Source: Cirrosporium novae-zelandiae (taxonomy: Eukaryota). From it: DNA of 64,000 nt. Shown here in pieces: positions 61,545 through 64,000 of this stretch (position 1 is its first letter; each line of letters starts with the position of its first letter). The translations under genes and the position numbers were made by a program. The stretch is taken from the NCBI GenBank assembly GCA_026023565.1, contig JAPETS010000006.1, positions 124,001-188,000 of the forward strand. Direction: 5' to 3'. The notes under the pieces were generated by a model. That model had not been told where the DNA came from. It saw nothing but the letters and a program-made list of their open reading frames with translations, and did not search any database.

Positions 61545-64000
61545 TCAATCAGGTTCGTCGTCTAGCCTCATACCTCTCCCTTCAGCAGTCGTATCACAAT
61601 TTCCTCCTCCTTTTCCTCCTCCAGCTTCCAAGGACCTAGTCGAGGGTTCTAGGTCTGGTGGCACTGGTGTATTCTTGATCCCACCAGTAGTAGCAGTAGT
61701 AGCAGTAGTAGTAGTAGATTTCTTCTTCCCTTTCCCCTTTTTCTTTCCCCTACCCTCCCCGGGAACGATAGGCGCCTCCCTAACCCATCTAGCCACCGCC
61801 TCCGCCCTCTCGGTACTGATAGGATATTCTTTTGCATCCTCCTGAGAAGCCCATCCTCCCCTCCCCCCCGCACCACCACCCCCATCTCCACTCTCTTCCT
61901 TCCTCAGCTCCTCCGCGCGTCTCTCGCGCGCCCTCAACGCAGCCTGAAAGCTCTCCTCGTCCTGCACGCGCTCGTCTGCCAACGCCTCCATGATAACCTC
62001 ATGTTTCCTGCGTTCTTTTCTCTCTTCTTCTGTCTCCTCGCGCATGAGACTGCCGGGGCCGTAGCCGCCGCCGGCGCGACCGGAAGCCGGTGGCGGTCGC
62101 TTCTCGCAGAGAGTTTCCCAGCTTTGTTGGAGGTTTAGCCAGTTATTGGCGCGGCGGACGATTTCGATCCAGTCTGCGCGTGCTGGGGAGCGCGCGGGTA
62201 GGAAGATGGGGCTGCCGTCTGTGATGCGAGTGAGGCGGGCGACCATGTGGGCGTGGCGGAGGAGCTCTTTTGGTGAGGTTTGGATCAGCGCGTGGCAGAG
62301 CAGGAGGGAGTGGAGAGCGTCGGTTATGAGGGGATGGTAGGTTAGATGTTCGATTAGGGGGTGGGCTGACTCCGGGAGTGGGGCCTTGGATTTCGGGATT
62401 AGGGCTTGTGAGGATGTGGGGTAAGGGGGGAGGTTTGCTGGGGGGCTGGGGGAAAAGAGGGTGTTGACCGGGTGGGCTTGGATATGGAGGGGGTAGTTTG
62501 GGGCGTGGGAGTAGCTGTGGCTGTTGTAGTGGGAGGAGTGGTTGATCTGTTGCCGGGGGACGAGGCTGTTGTCTGTTGGTTGGCAAGGGTTATTGGACTG
62601 GTCGAGCAGTCTAGAGTTAGAGTGGTTCCTCCGAGTAATGTTGATTCCACCAACTGTTAGCTCGTGATATCTTCGAAAGAATTCCTCAAGCAGTTCTGAA
62701 GGGTATTCTGGACTGTAGCTGAAGTGCGATAGATAAGCTATATAATCTCGGAGTGCACGTTTGGCACATGTTTTGACAATCTTTCGTGCTTCCGCCCTAT
62801 GTCGGGCAGCTTCCTTCTCCTTGAAGCTTTGTATGGGTGGTTTTTCGATACCAGAAGGTGGTGACCTCTCTGTGGTATTCTGCGTTTCTTGCGCGGGTTT
62901 CAATACATTAAGAGCATCATCAATATGTCGGACGGCGATTGTGAGATAGGTACCTGCCCGATGAAATAATAATTGGATCTCCATGCTGCTAGGTTGATCT
63001 TCGTCAGTGAGTTTTGGTTGTTCATATCTTGCATTTGGATCTCGTGCTTGACTTTTTAATGCAAGGGCCATCTCTTCCTCTTTTATAGCTCGGTGCTGTG
63101 CTAGCATCCTGTATTGGCCTAGGCCGCTGGTGAGGTCTGCAGCAGCACCGGCGAAGTCCTCCTTGAAGATTTTTGTCAGCGCCCTGGTACGATATGCAGC
63201 AACATCTGATTGAAATGGTCCAGCTACGATAACATCATCCAAAGGTTTCAGGTCGGTACACTCGGCTAACATGCGCGAGGGAATCTTTTCATGGAAGAAA
63301 TGAACATATTTAGCATCAGGATCATCCGGACTTCTATCCAGCACATGTTTAGCTACCAGTTCAAGTGATGAAGCAGACTGCATTGTTGCCACGCTCGCGG
63401 CAATCTCGTCAAGATGGTAGGCTTTGGAGAGCTTTTGTGTTGCATTTTCTCTCATTCTATGTTTTCTCTCCCTGCTCAGTTTTGCATTTGTCCCACCTCC
63501 ACCTATACCAAGTCCCAGAGCTGCTGCACTTCCACCACTAAATATTCCATTGCTGGCATTGATAGAATTCTGGAGGGCTGAGGACGTTGTGCCGTTTGCG
63601 GCGCGCACAGCTAAACTGGTCGCTTCCTCGACGAGACGGCGGATCTTGACAAGGTCGAAGAACACCGCGGGATCAATAACCTGAGGTCGAGGAAAGTAGT
63701 AATTATAGTAGGCAAACGATTCGAGGAGCTCGGGGGGCAATTGCAGCCAAGGACCGTGGAAAGCAGATATATATCGCCAATGCCTGTAGCATGGAACACG
63801 GTCAGCCAACAATATTCTAACTTTTCCATTGAATTGAGAAGGCAATTCCACTCAAGACCTCAATTTTCCCCCACAAGTCTACTCACTTATTCCGACAGAT
63901 TATCAGTGCTGGTTCAGACATCTTCGGGCGAGTCTGCTTTGCTGCCGGCCCTGGTTGTTGCAGTGCGGTAGACATCTCAGTCGAGGTGTTGGGATCCGTT
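61545..64000 (-). CDS. Conserved fungal hypothetical protein with TPR-like helices (5' end beyond window; intron 63886-63784)
   Basis: NKHWRYISAFHGPWLQLP, KLSRERKHRMRE, LDEIAASVATMQSAS, YVHFFHEKIPSR, TYHPL and SPARADWIE. Confidence 0.8.

Overview
This is gene-dense eukaryotic DNA from a filamentous ascomycete, judged from short GT-AG introns with CTRAY branch points and Pezizomycotina-type gene families. It holds about 27 protein-coding loci. Housekeeping genes include ARF1, GAPDH, EF-1beta, HSP78, MSH5, OPI3, PHO88, EMC5, RXT2, MDM1-like and Fpg. There is one tRNA-Arg(ACG) and an intronic U18/snR18 box C/D snoRNA. Accessory genes are an intronless RtcB2-type RNA ligase with an extra N-terminal domain, a bacterial-type PARG macrodomain gene that splices to a long N-terminal region with a PAH-like motif, a catalytically degenerate RNase H, a luciferase-like (DUF5519) protein and a Cys-rich membrane protein. 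An Mx-type dynamin can be spliced in frame to a Nup98-like GLEBS motif. Three loci are disrupted: a GNAT and a DUF4202 gene each carry one in-frame stop, and a CCC1/VIT1 relic has frameshifts and a deletion. No transposon or CRISPR array was seen. All family calls are from motif recognition by eye, and exon boundaries are manual predictions.
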